NCBI GenBank assembly: GCA_016712025.1
Contig: JADJRW010000009.1
Coordinates: forward strand, 16,066-80,065
From: Flavobacteriales bacterium
GTDB lineage: Bacteria; Bacteroidota; Bacteroidia; Flavobacteriales_F; PHOS-HE28
Direction: 5' to 3'
Length of the DNA stretch: 64,000 nt
Part shown: positions 1 to 10,541 of the stretch, piece after piece
Layout: each line of letters begins with the position of its first letter
How positions within the stretch are numbered: the first letter of the stretch is position 1
Made by a program: the position numbers and the translations under genes
Notes under the pieces: generated by a model
What the model saw: the letters and a program-made list of their open reading frames with translations, nothing else
The model's database searches: none
Told to the model about the DNA's origin: nothing

Positions 1-10
1 ACAGGATCCC

Positions 11-1446
11 GTGCCGGGCAGCGATGTGCATACCACCATCGACATCAACCTACAGGACGTGGCCGACGCCGCGCTTGAAGCGCAGTTGCGAAAACATGGC
101 GCGCACCACGGTTGTGTGGTGGTGATGGAAGTGGCCACCGGATACATCAAGGCCATAAGCAACCTCACGCGGCGCGGCGACAGCGTGTACGTGGAGGATC
201 TCAACTACGCCATCGGCCTCGCCTGCGAACCGGGCTCCACGTTCAAGACCGCCTCGCGCTGATGGTGGCCCTGGAGGATGGCAAGGTGAAAGTGACCGAC
301 ACGGTCGACACGAAGAAGGGCCAGGTGCGCTTCCACGATCGGGTCATGAAGGATTCGCACGAAGGCGGATACGGCAGGATCACCGTGCAGCGCTCATTGG
401 AGTTGAGCAGCAATACCGGCGTGTCGCAGGTGATCAACACCGCTTACCGTACCGAACCCAAGCGCTTCGTGGATGGACTTCGCAAACTCGGACTCGACCG
501 TCCGCTCGGCGTGCGCTTGCCGGGTGAAGGTTCACCGGTGATGCGCAACCCGGGCGACCAGGGTTGGAGCGGCGTGAGCCTGCCTTGGATGAGCATCGGT
601 TATGAGGTGAGCATGACGCCCATGCAGATCCTCGCCTTCTACAACGCCATCGCCAACGGTGGCCGCATGATGCAACCGCAGTTCGCGACGAAGGTGACGC
701 GCGCAGGAAAGGAAGTGGAGCACTTCGAACCAGTGGTGCTCAATGAGCGCATCTGTTCTCCCACCACGCTCGATCAAGTGCATGCCATGCTCGTTGGTGT
801 GGTGGACAGCGGCACCGCGGTGAACCTGAAGGCCGCGCATTTCAAGATCGCGGGCAAGACCGGTACGGCGCAGATCGCGCAGGAGAAGTCCGGATACAAG
901 TTGAGCGGTACGAGTTATCAGGCCTCGTTCGTGGGGTACTTCCCTGCCGATGCACCGCGCTATTCGGCGATCGTGGTGGTGAGCTCCCCGAGCATGAGCG
1001 GCTACTATGGTAACGTGGTGGCCGGTCCCATTTTCCGGGAGATCGCGGACAAGATCCACAGCAACCGCTTGGAGATGCAGACCGGTCTGGCGGAAGTGGT
1101 GCCCAGTTCAGCGCGCACACCGGTCACCTACAGCGGCCACGCAGGCGATCTGCGCACCGCGCTCGCTGGCTTGGGCGTGAAGAGCGAACAGATCGGCGAA
1201 GGAGAATGGGTGAGCACCACGGCGGGTGATAGTTCCGTGGTATTGAAACCACGCGGCCTTCCCGGTGACGCCCTGCGCCTCGTGCCCAACGTGCTCGGCA
1301 TGGGCCTGAAGGACGCGCTCTACATCCTGGAGAACCGGGGCTTGCATGTGCGCGTGCTCGGTGCGGGTATGGTACGCCGCCAGTCCATCAGCCCAGGGCA
1401 ACGCTACACGACCGGTAGCACCATCATCCTCGATCTCACCACATGA
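11..1446 (+). CDS. ftsI: Peptidoglycan D,D-transpeptidase FtsI (PBP3), 5'-partial (runs off window start); apparent 1-nt frameshift near 250-262
   Basis: Frame of ORF 11..262 ends ...GSTFK (SxxK active-site motif) then TASR*. Frame of ORF 112..1446 continues LALMVALEDG..., with SSN (SxN) and KTGTA (KTG) motifs and PBP transpeptidase-like sequence. The two frames splice into one normal PBP. Position immediately upstream of murE in the dcw order. Confidence 0.85.
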
Positions 1447-2906
1447 AGCTGCTCAAGGACCTGCTCTACAGGGCACGCCTCGAACAGGTGGTCGGATCCA
1501 CACACACCGCTATCGAGAAGCTCTGCTTCGACAGCCGTGAGGTGGTCCCCTTCACGGCGTTCGTGGCTGTGAAAGGCACCCGCAGCGATGGGCACGATCA
1601 CATCGTCACGGCGGTGGAACGCGGTGCCACGGCGATCATCTGCGAGCATCTTCCGGAAGAGCAGAAGGAGGGTGTGACCTATGTGCGCGTGGTGAACAGC
1701 GCCCAAGCGTTGGCACTGATGTCCGCGAACTTCTTCGACCATCCTTCCCGCGAACTGAAACTGATCGGTATCACCGGCACCAATGGCAAAACGAGCGTCG
1801 CCACACTGCTCTATCGCCTTTGCCGCACCCTCGGTATCAAAGCCGGTTTGATCAGCACGGTGGAGATCCGCATCGGACAACGCACGGTTCCGTCCACGCA
1901 CACCACGCCCGATGCTGTTCGCCTGAACGAACTGCTCTCCGAGATGGTGGCGGAGAAGTGTACGCACTGCTTCATGGAAGTGAGCAGCCACAGCGTGGTA
2001 CAGGAGCGTATCACAGGGCTGCATTTCAGGGTCGGGGTGTTCACCAACATCACGCACGATCATCTGGACTACCACGGCACCTTCGCGGCCTACATCGAAG
2101 CGAAGAAGCGCTTCTTCGATCAGCTTGGCCGCAATGCCCTGGCCCTGGTGAACGCGGACGATGTGAACAGCGCCGTGATGGTGCAGAACACCAAGGCCAC
2201 CAAGCGCTCCTTCGCGGTGCAGGGTCTGGCGGACCACCGCGCACGCATCATCGAGAACCAACTCACCGGCCTGCATCTCAATATCGATGGCCGCGATGTG
2301 TACACGCGCCTGGTCGGGGCGTTCAATGCGAGCAACTTGCTCGCGGTCTATGCTACAGCGGTGCATCTCGGTTTGCAGCCGGTGGATGTGCTCACAGCGC
2401 TCAGCGATCTCGAACCGCCGCGGGGCCGCTTCCAAGTGGTGCGTGGCCCGAGCGGTGTGCTCGGCATCGTGGACTATGCGCATACCCCGGACGCGCTGAA
2501 GAACGTCCTGAGCACCATCAATGAAGTATGTGGCGATGATGAGCAGGTGATCACCGTGGTGGGTTGTGGCGGTGATCGCGATCGCGCCAAGCGTCCCGTG
2601 ATGGCCCGCCTCGCGGTGGAGCTCAGCCACCGTGTCGTACTCACCAGCGACAATCCGCGCAGCGAGGATCCCATGGCCATCCTGCAAGAGATGCGCGGCG
2701 GTGTTGCCGCGGTTGACGCGGACCGCGCATTCGTGAACGCCGATCGGCGCGAAGCCATCCGCCAGGCCGTGTCCATGGCACGCCCCGGCGATGTGGTGCT
2801 CGTAGCGGGCAAAGGCCACGAGACCTATCAGGAGATCTCCGGGGTGAAGCACCCTTTCGATGATGCCGCTGTGCTGAAGGAAACGCTTGAACTGATGCAC
2901 AAGTAA
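1443..2906 (+). CDS. murE: UDP-N-acetylmuramoyl-L-alanyl-D-glutamate--2,6-diaminopimelate ligase
   Basis: 487-aa ORF with Mur ligase P-loop ([10 protein letters not shown]), DNPR motif ([11 protein letters not shown]) and dcw position between ftsI and mraY. Start ATG overlaps the ftsI stop (ATGA). Confidence 0.93.
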   Translation: MKLLKDLLYRARLEQVVGSTHTAIEKLCFDSREVVPFTAFVAVKGTRSDGHDHIVTAVERGATAIICEHLPEEQKEGVTYVRVVNSAQALALMSANFFDHPSRELKLIGITGTNGKTSVATLLYRLCRTLGIKAGLISTVEIRIGQRTVPSTHTTPDAVRLNELLSEMVAEKCTHCFMEVSSHSVVQERITGLHFRVGVFTNITHDHLDYHGTFAAYIEAKKRFFDQLGRNALALVNADDVNSAVMVQNTKATKRSFAVQGLADHRARIIENQLTGLHLNIDGRDVYTRLVGAFNASNLLAVYATAVHLGLQPVDVLTALSDLEPPRGRFQVVRGPSGVLGIVDYAHTPDALKNVLSTINEVCGDDEQVITVVGCGGDRDRAKRPVMARLAVELSHRVVLTSDNPRSEDPMAILQEMRGGVAAVDADRAFVNADRREAIRQAVSMARPGDVVLVAGKGHETYQEISGVKHPFDDAAVLKETLELMHK

Positions 2907-4153
2907 TGCTGTACCACCTGTTCAAAGCGATGGACTTCGCGCTGCCCGGATCGGGGGCGTTCAACTTCATCTCCTTCCGCGCGGCGATGGCGGTGTTCGC
3001 CTCGCTCATCATCAGCTTTTGGTTCGGCAAAGGCATCATCAAGCTCCTGCGCCGCATGCAGGTTGGCGAGACGGTGCGCGACCTGGGCTTGGATGGGCAA
3101 CTGAGCAAGCAAGGCACGCCAACGATGGGTGGCCTCATCATCCTCAGCGCGATCCTTATCCCCACGCTGCTCTTCGCGAAGCTGAACAACATCTACATCC
3201 TGCTGATGCTCGTGGCCACGGTGTGGCTCGGGACCATCGGCTTCATCGACGACTACATCAAGGTCTTCAAGAAGGACAAGCGTGGTCTGGCCGGCAAGTT
3301 CAAGGTGGTGGGGCAGGTGGGTATCGGCATCATCGTGGGTGCGGTGGTGTATTTCCATCCGTCCATCCGTACCAAGGTGGAGGTACCGCAGGTGCTCGCT
3401 GAGCAACTGGATCCGGCCGCCCTCAGCACCTTCATCGAAGAGGATGGTACAGCACACTTCCTGCTGGACCGCAAGAGCCCGAACACCACCATTCCCTTCG
3501 TCAAGGGCAATGAGTTCAACTACTCCTCCATCCTTGGTCTCTTCGGCCGCGAGGCGCGCAACTATACCTGGTTGCTCTACATCCTCATCGTCATCTTCAT
3601 CATCACCGCCGTGAGCAATGGCGCGAACATCACCGACGGCCTTGATGGATTGGCTACTGGCACGTCCGCGATCATGGTGCTCGCCCTCGGCGTGCTCGCC
3701 TATGTGAGCGGCAACATCATCTTCTCGGAATACCTCGACATCATGTACATCCCCGACAGCGGGGAACTCGCCGTGTTCATCGGTGCGATGCTGGGCGCAT
3801 GCATCGGCTTCCTCTGGTACAATGCCTACCCTGCGCAGGTCTTCATGGGCGATACCGGAAGCCTCGCGTTGGGCGGCATCATCGCCACGCTGGCCATTCT
3901 CGTGCGCAAGGAGCTGTTGATCCCTGTGCTCTGTGGCGTGTTCCTCGTGGAGAATTTGAGCGTGGTGATGCAGGTGTCGTGGTTCAAGTACACGCGCCGC
4001 AAGTATGGCGAAGGCCGCAGGATCTTCCTGATGTCGCCGCTGCACCACCACTTCCAAAAGGCCGGCGTACACGAGAGCAAGATCGTGAGCCGCTTCTGGA
4101 TCGTCGGCATCATGCTCGCCGTACTCAGCATCGTAACCCTCAAGCTGCGATGA
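2906..4153 (+). CDS. mraY: Phospho-N-acetylmuramoyl-pentapeptide transferase
   Basis: 415-aa polytopic membrane protein with MraY signatures (NxxNxxDGxDGL: [13 protein letters not shown]; C-terminal HHHF). 1-nt overlap with the murE stop. Confidence 0.94.
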   Translation: MLYHLFKAMDFALPGSGAFNFISFRAAMAVFASLIISFWFGKGIIKLLRRMQVGETVRDLGLDGQLSKQGTPTMGGLIILSAILIPTLLFAKLNNIYILLMLVATVWLGTIGFIDDYIKVFKKDKRGLAGKFKVVGQVGIGIIVGAVVYFHPSIRTKVEVPQVLAEQLDPAALSTFIEEDGTAHFLLDRKSPNTTIPFVKGNEFNYSSILGLFGREARNYTWLLYILIVIFIITAVSNGANITDGLDGLATGTSAIMVLALGVLAYVSGNIIFSEYLDIMYIPDSGELAVFIGAMLGACIGFLWYNAYPAQVFMGDTGSLALGGIIATLAILVRKELLIPVLCGVFLVENLSVVMQVSWFKYTRRKYGEGRRIFLMSPLHHHFQKAGVHESKIVSRFWIVGIMLAVLSIVTLKLR

Positions 4154-5496
4154 GGAAGCTGGTGATCCTCGGTGCGCAGGAGAGCGGCGTGGGCGCGGCG
4201 TTGCTCGCCAAGAAGCTTGGCATACCCGTGTTCGTGAGCGATGGCGGAAGCATCAAGCCGAATTACCGCGAAACACTCACCGCGAACGACATTGAATTCG
4301 AAGAGGGCGGCCACACCGCCATGAAGGTGTTGGAGGCCGATGAAGTGGTGAAGAGCCCTGGCATTCCGGATACCGCTACGCTGGTGGCCGCCGCCATCGA
4401 TCGCGGCATCCCGGTGATCAGCGAGATCGAACTCGCCGCGCGCCACACCACCGCACCCATCGTGGCGATCACCGGCAGCAACGGCAAGACCACCACCACC
4501 TTGCTCACCCACCACATCCTGCGCAAGGCCGGGCTCGACGCCGGGCTCGGTGGGAATGTGGGCCGGAGTTTCGCGGCCCTGCTCGCGGAGCGCGACCATG
4601 CGCTGTACGTGCTCGAGTTGAGCAGCTTCCAACTGGACGGCATCCGCGCCTTCCGCCCGCATATCGCGGTGCTGCTCAATATCACGCCGGACCACCTGGA
4701 CCGGTACCAGTACAACATGGACCACTATGCGGCGAGCAAGTTCCGCATCGCCATGAACCAGACCGCTGCGGACCATTTCATCCACAGCGATGACGACCCC
4801 GAGGTACGTCGCGGGCTTGCCGAGCATACCGTGCGCGCCAAGCGCTGGCCGATCAGCATCGAACACCAAGTGCCCGAAGGAGGCTTCCTCCGCGACGGCC
4901 ATCTCCATATCAACGCTTCCACCCACCCGGACCCAACCCCCCTTCGCATGAGCCTGATCGAACTAGCGCTACAAGGCAAGCACAACGCTTACAACTCCAT
5001 GGCCGCGGGCATCGCCGCCCGTATCCTCGAAGTGCGCAAGGAAAGCGTGCGTGAGAGCCTCAGCGATTTCCAGAACGTGGAGCATCGCCTTGAGCGCATC
5101 GGCCTGGTGAACGGTGTCGAGTTCATAAACGATTCCAAAGCCACGAACGTGAACAGCGCGTGGTACGCGTTGGAAACGATGGACAAACCGGTGATCTGGA
5201 TCGCCGGTGGCGTGGACAAGGGCAACGACTACACCGCGCTCATGGACCTGGTGAAGAACAAGGTGAAGGCCATCGTTTGCCTCGGGAAGGACAACGAGAA
5301 ACTGCGCAAGGTCTTCGAAACCAAAGTGCCGCACATGGTAGAGGTGGAGAGCGCCGAACGCGCGGTGAACGCCGCGTACGAACTGAGCGAGCCGGGTGAC
5401 GTGGTCCTGCTCAGCCCTGCCTGCGCCAGCTTCGATCTGTTCGAGAACTACGAGGAACGGGGTCGCAGATTCAAAACCGCTGTAAAGGCACTCTGA
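4150..5496 (+). CDS. murD: UDP-N-acetylmuramoylalanine--D-glutamate ligase
   Basis: The ORF track extends to 3799, but the conserved MurD N-terminus ([24 protein letters not shown]) begins at ATG 4150, overlapping the mraY stop. P-loop [11 protein letters not shown] and C-terminal Mur ligase domain present. Confidence 0.92.
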   Translation: MRKLVILGAQESGVGAALLAKKLGIPVFVSDGGSIKPNYRETLTANDIEFEEGGHTAMKVLEADEVVKSPGIPDTATLVAAAIDRGIPVISEIELAARHTTAPIVAITGSNGKTTTTLLTHHILRKAGLDAGLGGNVGRSFAALLAERDHALYVLELSSFQLDGIRAFRPHIAVLLNITPDHLDRYQYNMDHYAASKFRIAMNQTAADHFIHSDDDPEVRRGLAEHTVRAKRWPISIEHQVPEGGFLRDGHLHINASTHPDPTPLRMSLIELALQGKHNAYNSMAAGIAARILEVRKESVRESLSDFQNVEHRLERIGLVNGVEFINDSKATNVNSAWYALETMDKPVIWIAGGVDKGNDYTALMDLVKNKVKAIVCLGKDNEKLRKVFETKVPHMVEVESAERAVNAAYELSEPGDVVLLSPACASFDLFENYEERGRRFKTAVKAL

Positions 5497-5528
5497 TCCA
5501 GAACGCACCGATCCATATCCCACGGACC

Positions 5529-6041
5529 ATGGACAACGAAACACTGCACCGCCTTACCGCAGCGCGCAACGCCGCCGATCTGGTGCGTGCCCGCAGCCGC
5601 TCGCTCGACGAACTGGTGAGCGCACCGCACCGCCTTGAGTTCACCGGCACGTTGCGCGGCGTGGAGTACATCAATGATTCGAAGGCCACCTACCTCGATG
5701 CCTCCCTGGCCGCGATCGCCGCCATCGAGAAGCCCGTGGTGTGGATCACCGGTGCGCTGCCGGAGGATGCACGGCAGGAGGGCGTGCGTTCCTTTCTGCA
5801 CGAACACTTGAGCGCGTTGGTGCTCTTCGGTACGGAAGGCGTGGATCGTGTGGAGGAACTGCGCCCGTGGATGGAACAGGTGTACCATGCCGCCGAACTG
5901 CGCACCGCTGTTTTCCTCGCGCATGAACTGGCACGTAGTGGCGACGTGGTGCTCTTCAGTCCGGCGTGCCCAAGTGGCGACGGCTTCGCCAACTACGAGG
6001 AACGTGGACACGCTTTCAAACGCATGGTACGCGACCTCTGA
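5529..6041 (+). CDS. Stand-alone Mur ligase C-terminal domain protein, diverged paralog of the MurD C-terminal domain (170 aa)
   Basis: By-eye alignment to the murD C-terminus encoded just upstream: HRLE, GVE(F/Y)INDSKAT, KPV(I/V)WI(A/T)G, GDVVL(L/F)SPAC(A/P)S, F(E/A)NYEERG(R/H)xFK all conserved. Approximately 35-40% identity over ~140 aa. No N-terminal or central ATPase domain. 32-bp spacer after murD, and the ftsW start follows 15 bp after its stop. Confidence 0.7.
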   Translation: MDNETLHRLTAARNAADLVRARSRSLDELVSAPHRLEFTGTLRGVEYINDSKATYLDASLAAIAAIEKPVVWITGALPEDARQEGVRSFLHEHLSALVLFGTEGVDRVEELRPWMEQVYHAAELRTAVFLAHELARSGDVVLFSPACPSGDGFANYEERGHAFKRMVRDL

Positions 6042-6055
6042 TCACAATTGATGCG

Positions 6056-7240
6056 ATGAACCGCCTCTTCCAAGAACACCTCCGCGGGGACAGGACCATC
6101 TGGATGGTGGCCCTGCTGCTTGGCATGGTCAGCTTGCTGGCCGTGTACAGCTCCATCGCATCGCTGGCGTTCAAGCGCGAAGGCGGAAGCACCTTGCATT
6201 TCCTCTTCAAGCACGGCATGATGCTCGCCACCGGTGGGGTGATCATGTACTATGCGCACCGGTTGAAGTTCGGGGTGTACTCCAAGCTGTCCCAACTTCT
6301 GTTCGGCGTTACGGTGGGCCTGTTGGTGCTCACGCTCGTGTTGGGCACGAACCTGAACGATGCCAGCCGCTGGCTGAGGATCCCCATCATCGGCCAGAGC
6401 TTCCAGACGAGCGATCTCGCCAAGGTGGTCCTCATCGTTTTTCTAGCGCGCGTACTTGGCAAACGACATGAGGAGCCTTGGACGTTCCGCGATGTCATGT
6501 TGAAACTCATGCTCCCCATCGGCGCTATTTGCGGCACCATCCTTCCCGCCAACTTCAGCACGGCCGCGATCCTCTTCCTGGTGTGCATGGTGGTGCTCTT
6601 CATCGGTGGCGTTCCGCTGAAATGGATCGGCTCAGTGGTGCTGTTGGCGGCGGGCGCCTTCGCGTTGTTGATCGCGGCGAACGAGCTGGGCGACCTCGGT
6701 GTGCTGCCGCGCGTGGAGACCTGGCAAGCGCGGCTCGAGAACCACGGTAGCGACGATAGCGATGCGAACTACCAAGTGGAGCACGCCAAGATCGCGATCG
6801 CCAGCGGTGGACTCCTGCCGAACGGTCCGGGTAGTGGCACTTCGCGGAACTTCCTTCCGCATCCTTACTCGGATATGATCTATGCCTTCATCATCGAAGA
6901 GTACGGTAGCATCCTCGGCGGCCTCGGGCTCTTGCTGCTCTATCTGATCCTGATGGGGCGTGCGGTCCGCATCGCATCGAAGTGCCCGAAGATGTTCGGC
7001 TCGCTCGTGGCGGTGGGTCTCAGCCTCAGCCTCGTGCTACAGGCGATGATCAATATGGCCGTGGCCGTCAATCTCGTTCCCGTCACTGGCCAGCCCCTTC
7101 CGCTCGTAAGTATGGGCGGCACCTCCATCTGGTTCACCTGTTTGATGATCGGCATCGTGCTCAGTGTGAGCCGAAGCGTGTACGACGAAGCCCAAGTAGA
7201 TGTCCAACCCAAAACCAGAACCGCAACAGCGGCCGCTTAA
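6056..7240 (+). CDS. ftsW: Cell division peptidoglycan polymerase FtsW (SEDS family)
   Basis: Multi-TM SEDS protein (FtsW/RodA-like loops) between murD and murG. Start moved to the internal ATG (MNRLFQEH...) because the ORF-track upstream extension overlaps the preceding gene. Confidence 0.88.
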   Translation: MNRLFQEHLRGDRTIWMVALLLGMVSLLAVYSSIASLAFKREGGSTLHFLFKHGMMLATGGVIMYYAHRLKFGVYSKLSQLLFGVTVGLLVLTLVLGTNLNDASRWLRIPIIGQSFQTSDLAKVVLIVFLARVLGKRHEEPWTFRDVMLKLMLPIGAICGTILPANFSTAAILFLVCMVVLFIGGVPLKWIGSVVLLAAGAFALLIAANELGDLGVLPRVETWQARLENHGSDDSDANYQVEHAKIAIASGGLLPNGPGSGTSRNFLPHPYSDMIYAFIIEEYGSILGGLGLLLLYLILMGRAVRIASKCPKMFGSLVAVGLSLSLVLQAMINMAVAVNLVPVTGQPLPLVSMGGTSIWFTCLMIGIVLSVSRSVYDEAQVDVQPKTRTATAAA

Positions 7241-8363
7241 GCTGATGATCAGCGGAGGTGGCACCGGCGGCCACATCTTCCCAGCGATCGCCATTGCGAA
7301 CGCTGTGCGCGAGCGCGAGCCCGACGCCGATGTGCTCTTCGTGGGTGCGCTCGGGAAGATGGAGATGGACAAAGTACCCGCCGCAGGATACCGTATCGAA
7401 GGGTTGCCGATTTGCGGGTTCCAGCGCGGTTCGATCATGAAGAACCTCGCGTTGCCCTGGCGGCTGTTGCGCAGCATGATGAAGGCGCGAAGTCTCGTGC
7501 GCACATTCCAGCCGCATGTGGCCGTGGGCGTCGGTGGTTATGCGAGCGGTCCGCTGCTCGCGGCCGCACAGCGCATGGGCGTGCCCACCTTGATACAGGA
7601 GCAGAACAGCTTCCCCGGAAAAACGAACATCTACCTCGCCAAGCGAGTGGATCGCATCTGCGTGGCCTACGATGGCATGGAGCGCTGGTTCCCCAAGGAG
7701 AAGTTGCACCGCACCGGAAATCCGGTACGATCGGAAGTGGTCCGTATCGAAGGCAAGCGCGGCATCGGCATGGAGCATTTCGGCCTGAAGGAAGGGTCTC
7801 CAGTGCTGTTCATCACCGGTGGAAGTCTTGGTGCGCGTGGTATCAACAAAGGGATCCTGAAGGCGCTTCCGCAGTTGAAGGCAGAAGGCATCCAAGTGAT
7901 CTGGCAGACCGGTTCGCCTTTCCTCGCGCAAGCGCTTGAAGCGGCAAGTTCGCTCGGGTACGACGCATGCGTGGTCACGGAGTTCGTGGACCGCATGGAC
8001 CTGGCCTATGCCGTGGCCGATCTGGTGGTGGCCCGCGCTGGGGCGATAAGTGTGAGCGAACTCTGCTTGGTGCAGCTCCCTGCGATCCTCGTTCCGCTGC
8101 CCACCGCTGCGGAGGACCACCAGACCATGAACGCACGTGCGCTCACCGATCGCGGTGCTGCGGTGCTCGTGCGCGACGATCGCACCGAGCAGGACCTGGG
8201 CGCGGTCATTCTCAAACTGATCACCGATCCAGAAGCGCTGCAAGGCTTGCGTCTGCGCATAGCTGGTATGGGCCGCCCGGACGCGGCTCAGGCCATCGCC
8301 GAAGAAACGATCCGGTTGGCACGATCCATTCCCTCGCAGCGGGTAGCTGTGGAAGCGGCATGA
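7200..8363 (+). CDS. murG: UDP-N-acetylglucosamine--N-acetylmuramyl-(pentapeptide) pyrophosphoryl-undecaprenol N-acetylglucosamine transferase
   Basis: GT28 signatures (ISGGGTGGHIFPAIAIA; C-terminal GxxxEL...H motif) and dcw position. Start ambiguous: 7200 overlaps the ftsW end by 41 nt, or the internal Met at ~7245. Confidence 0.9.
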   Translation: MSNPKPEPQQRPLKLMISGGGTGGHIFPAIAIANAVREREPDADVLFVGALGKMEMDKVPAAGYRIEGLPICGFQRGSIMKNLALPWRLLRSMMKARSLVRTFQPHVAVGVGGYASGPLLAAAQRMGVPTLIQEQNSFPGKTNIYLAKRVDRICVAYDGMERWFPKEKLHRTGNPVRSEVVRIEGKRGIGMEHFGLKEGSPVLFITGGSLGARGINKGILKALPQLKAEGIQVIWQTGSPFLAQALEAASSLGYDACVVTEFVDRMDLAYAVADLVVARAGAISVSELCLVQLPAILVPLPTAAEDHQTMNARALTDRGAAVLVRDDRTEQDLGAVILKLITDPEALQGLRLRIAGMGRPDAAQAIAEETIRLARSIPSQRVAVEAA

Positions 8364-9727
8364 GCATCCGTCCACATAGCCTGTTCTTCGTCGGTATCGG
8401 CGGCATCGGCATGAGCGGTCTCGCGCGCTACTTCCGCCAGCAAGGGGCACGCGTCGCCGGATATGATCGCACGCCCTCGGCACTCACCGATCAACTGCGC
8501 GCCGAAGGCATTGATGTGCAGTTCGACGAGGATCCGGAACTCATCCCCGTCGATCTGCGCCAAGCCGCGAAGGAAGTGCTCGTGGTGCGCACGCCTGCTG
8601 TGCCTGCCTCCAGCCCACTGCTCGCGTTTTGGAACGAGCAAGGCGCACGCATGCTCAAGCGCAGTGAAGTGCTAGGTATGATCACCGAGGACCGCCGAAC
8701 GATCGCCGTGGCAGGCACGCATGGCAAGACCACGGTGAGCACCATGGTCGCGCATCTGCTGCGCCACGGTGGCAAACGCGTCAACGCCTTCCTCGGCGGC
8801 ATCAGCGCCAACTACGGCACCAACGTGCTGCTCGACGCGCAGGCCGAACTGAACGTGGTCGAAGCCGATGAGTACGATCGCAGCTTCTTGCGCTTGCATC
8901 CGTCGGAAGCGATCATCACCGCGATGGATCCCGATCACCTGGACATCTACGGAACGCCCGAGGCGATGGTGGCCTCCTACAACGAGTTCGCCGCGCTCTG
9001 CACCGGACGCATCCTCGTACACGAACGCGCATCCGCCGCACTGCTGCAGGGACAGCGCACGAGCTATGCGATCGGCGGTAAAAGCGTTCCGCGCGCGGAA
9101 GAGGTTCGCGTGGAGAATGGCGCCTACCACTTCGATCTCGTCACCGAGCGCGGTACACTGCGCGACCTGCGCCTCGGGATGCCCGGACGGCACAATGTGG
9201 AGAACGCCACCGCCGCCGCGGCCATGGCCCAATACATCGGCGTGGACGATGCGCGCTTGCGCGAAGGGCTCGCTTCGTTCACAGGTGTGGAACGCCGTTT
9301 CCAAACGATCGTGAGCAACACGCACATGGTCTATGTGGATGACTACGCGCACCATCCAGCCGAACTGGAAGCCACGATCCGTTCCGCGCGTGAACTCTAT
9401 CCCGATCGCCACCTCACCGGCATCTTCCAGCCGCACCTCTTCACCCGCACGCGCGACTTCGCGCCGGGTTTCGCCAACAGCCTGGCGCTGCTCGATACGC
9501 TCTACCTGCTCGACATCTATCCGGCACGCGAGGAACCCATCCCGGGGATCACCTCAGAATGGCTGCTCCAGCAAGTACCGATGCAGGACAAGCACCTGCT
9601 CGCGCGCGAAGAAGTGCTGCGCCGCATCGTGGAGGCGCGCATCGAAGTGCTCCTCACGCTGGGTGCCGGGGATATCGATCGCCTCGTACCCCGCATCGCT
9701 GAACTGCTTCAACACCAAGCCGCATGA
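8360..9727 (+). CDS. murC: UDP-N-acetylmuramate--L-alanine ligase
   Basis: The conserved MurC N-terminus MSIRPHSLFFVGIGGIGMSGLARY begins at ATG 8360 (ATGA overlap with the murG stop). The ORF-track 5' extension to 7967 is a stop-free artefact. P-loop AGTHGKTT. Confidence 0.92.
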   Translation: MSIRPHSLFFVGIGGIGMSGLARYFRQQGARVAGYDRTPSALTDQLRAEGIDVQFDEDPELIPVDLRQAAKEVLVVRTPAVPASSPLLAFWNEQGARMLKRSEVLGMITEDRRTIAVAGTHGKTTVSTMVAHLLRHGGKRVNAFLGGISANYGTNVLLDAQAELNVVEADEYDRSFLRLHPSEAIITAMDPDHLDIYGTPEAMVASYNEFAALCTGRILVHERASAALLQGQRTSYAIGGKSVPRAEEVRVENGAYHFDLVTERGTLRDLRLGMPGRHNVENATAAAAMAQYIGVDDARLREGLASFTGVERRFQTIVSNTHMVYVDDYAHHPAELEATIRSARELYPDRHLTGIFQPHLFTRTRDFAPGFANSLALLDTLYLLDIYPAREEPIPGITSEWLLQQVPMQDKHLLAREEVLRRIVEARIEVLLTLGAGDIDRLVPRIAELLQHQAA

Positions 9728-10527
9728 AGAACCCGCGCAAACTCCTCCGCCCTGCGCTCATGGCCGCTGTCGCGGTGCTTCTGGTCGGTGCGCTCGGCTT
9801 CGTGGAACGCACGGCGGACCGCCGGCCGGTGCAGGATCTGGCCATTGAAGTGCGCGGCATGGACGGAGCCCGGTTCATTACCGAGCAGCAGGTGCGCGAG
9901 GAAGTGTTGAGCATGGGCGGTGCGGTGATCGGCGTGCCCCTCGCCGAGATGGACATCCGCGCCATTGAAGACCACCTGCGCGCCATTCCTAGTGTTTCGC
10001 GCGCGGAGGCCTATCACACGTTGGATGGCGTGCTGCATGTGCGCGTGGACCAGCGGGCGCCCGTGTTGCGCGTCTTCGATCGCGATGGAAGCACCTACTA
10101 CATCGATGCGGAAGGACATACCATGCCGGTGAGCAGCGCCCACACCCCGCGTGTGCCGGTGGCCCTCGGTGCGCTGCACATGCCCGGCGCTTCCACCAAC
10201 GTGCTCAGCGTATTGGACGGCGATAGCCTGATGCGTCTTTCGCGCTTGAACGAAGTGTTCCGTATCGCCACCTTCATCCGCGCCGACCCCTTCCGCGATG
10301 CACTGATCGATCAGATCGTGGCCACACCGGACGGCGAGTACGAGCTGATCCCACGCGTCGGCGCGCAACGTGTGCGCATCGGCGATGGCACCGCCCTCGA
10401 AGAACGTTTCGCCAAGCTGCGCCTCTTCTACCAGGAAGGCATCAAGCAGACCGACTGGCGCCGCTATTCCACCATCGACCTCCGCTTCGACGCGCAGGTC
10501 GTCTGCACCCAACGAACAACGCCCTGA
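9724..10527 (+). CDS. ftsQ: Cell division protein FtsQ (POTRA-containing)
   Basis: 267 aa with an N-terminal TM (LMAAVAVLLVGALGF), then a POTRA-like region. ATGA overlap with murC. Located between murC and ftsA. Confidence 0.8.
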   Translation: MKNPRKLLRPALMAAVAVLLVGALGFVERTADRRPVQDLAIEVRGMDGARFITEQQVREEVLSMGGAVIGVPLAEMDIRAIEDHLRAIPSVSRAEAYHTLDGVLHVRVDQRAPVLRVFDRDGSTYYIDAEGHTMPVSSAHTPRVPVALGALHMPGASTNVLSVLDGDSLMRLSRLNEVFRIATFIRADPFRDALIDQIVATPDGEYELIPRVGAQRVRIGDGTALEERFAKLRLFYQEGIKQTDWRRYSTIDLRFDAQVVCTQRTTP

Positions 10528-10541
10528 TAAACGAAGCACAC

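Noticed and set aside
1404-4072. Long antisense ORFs (1404..2900 -, 2828..4072 -, also 7161..8483 -, 10464..11852 -, 38139..39395 -) overlapping dcw genes and the repeat protein
   Set aside because: They lie opposite strongly conserved genes (murE, mraY, murG, ftsA, the repeat adhesin). Their translations are Arg/His/Ala/Gly-rich low-complexity strings typical of stop-poor antisense frames in ~66% GC DNA. They show no motifs, signal peptides or plausible starts.
5529-6041. Interpreting the MurD-C-terminal-domain ORF as an assembly duplication of murD
   Set aside because: It is only ~35-40% identical to the adjacent murD C-terminus at the protein level and the DNA has diverged accordingly. 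Assembly duplicates would be near-identical.
7967-8359. 5' extensions of ORFs beyond conserved start sites (murC to 7967, murD to 3799, ftsW to 5966, ankyrin to 54618, TPR protein to 23570)
   Set aside because: The extensions overlap the preceding conserved gene in another frame and encode low-complexity sequence. The canonical N-termini begin at internal ATGs that overlap or abut the upstream stop codons.
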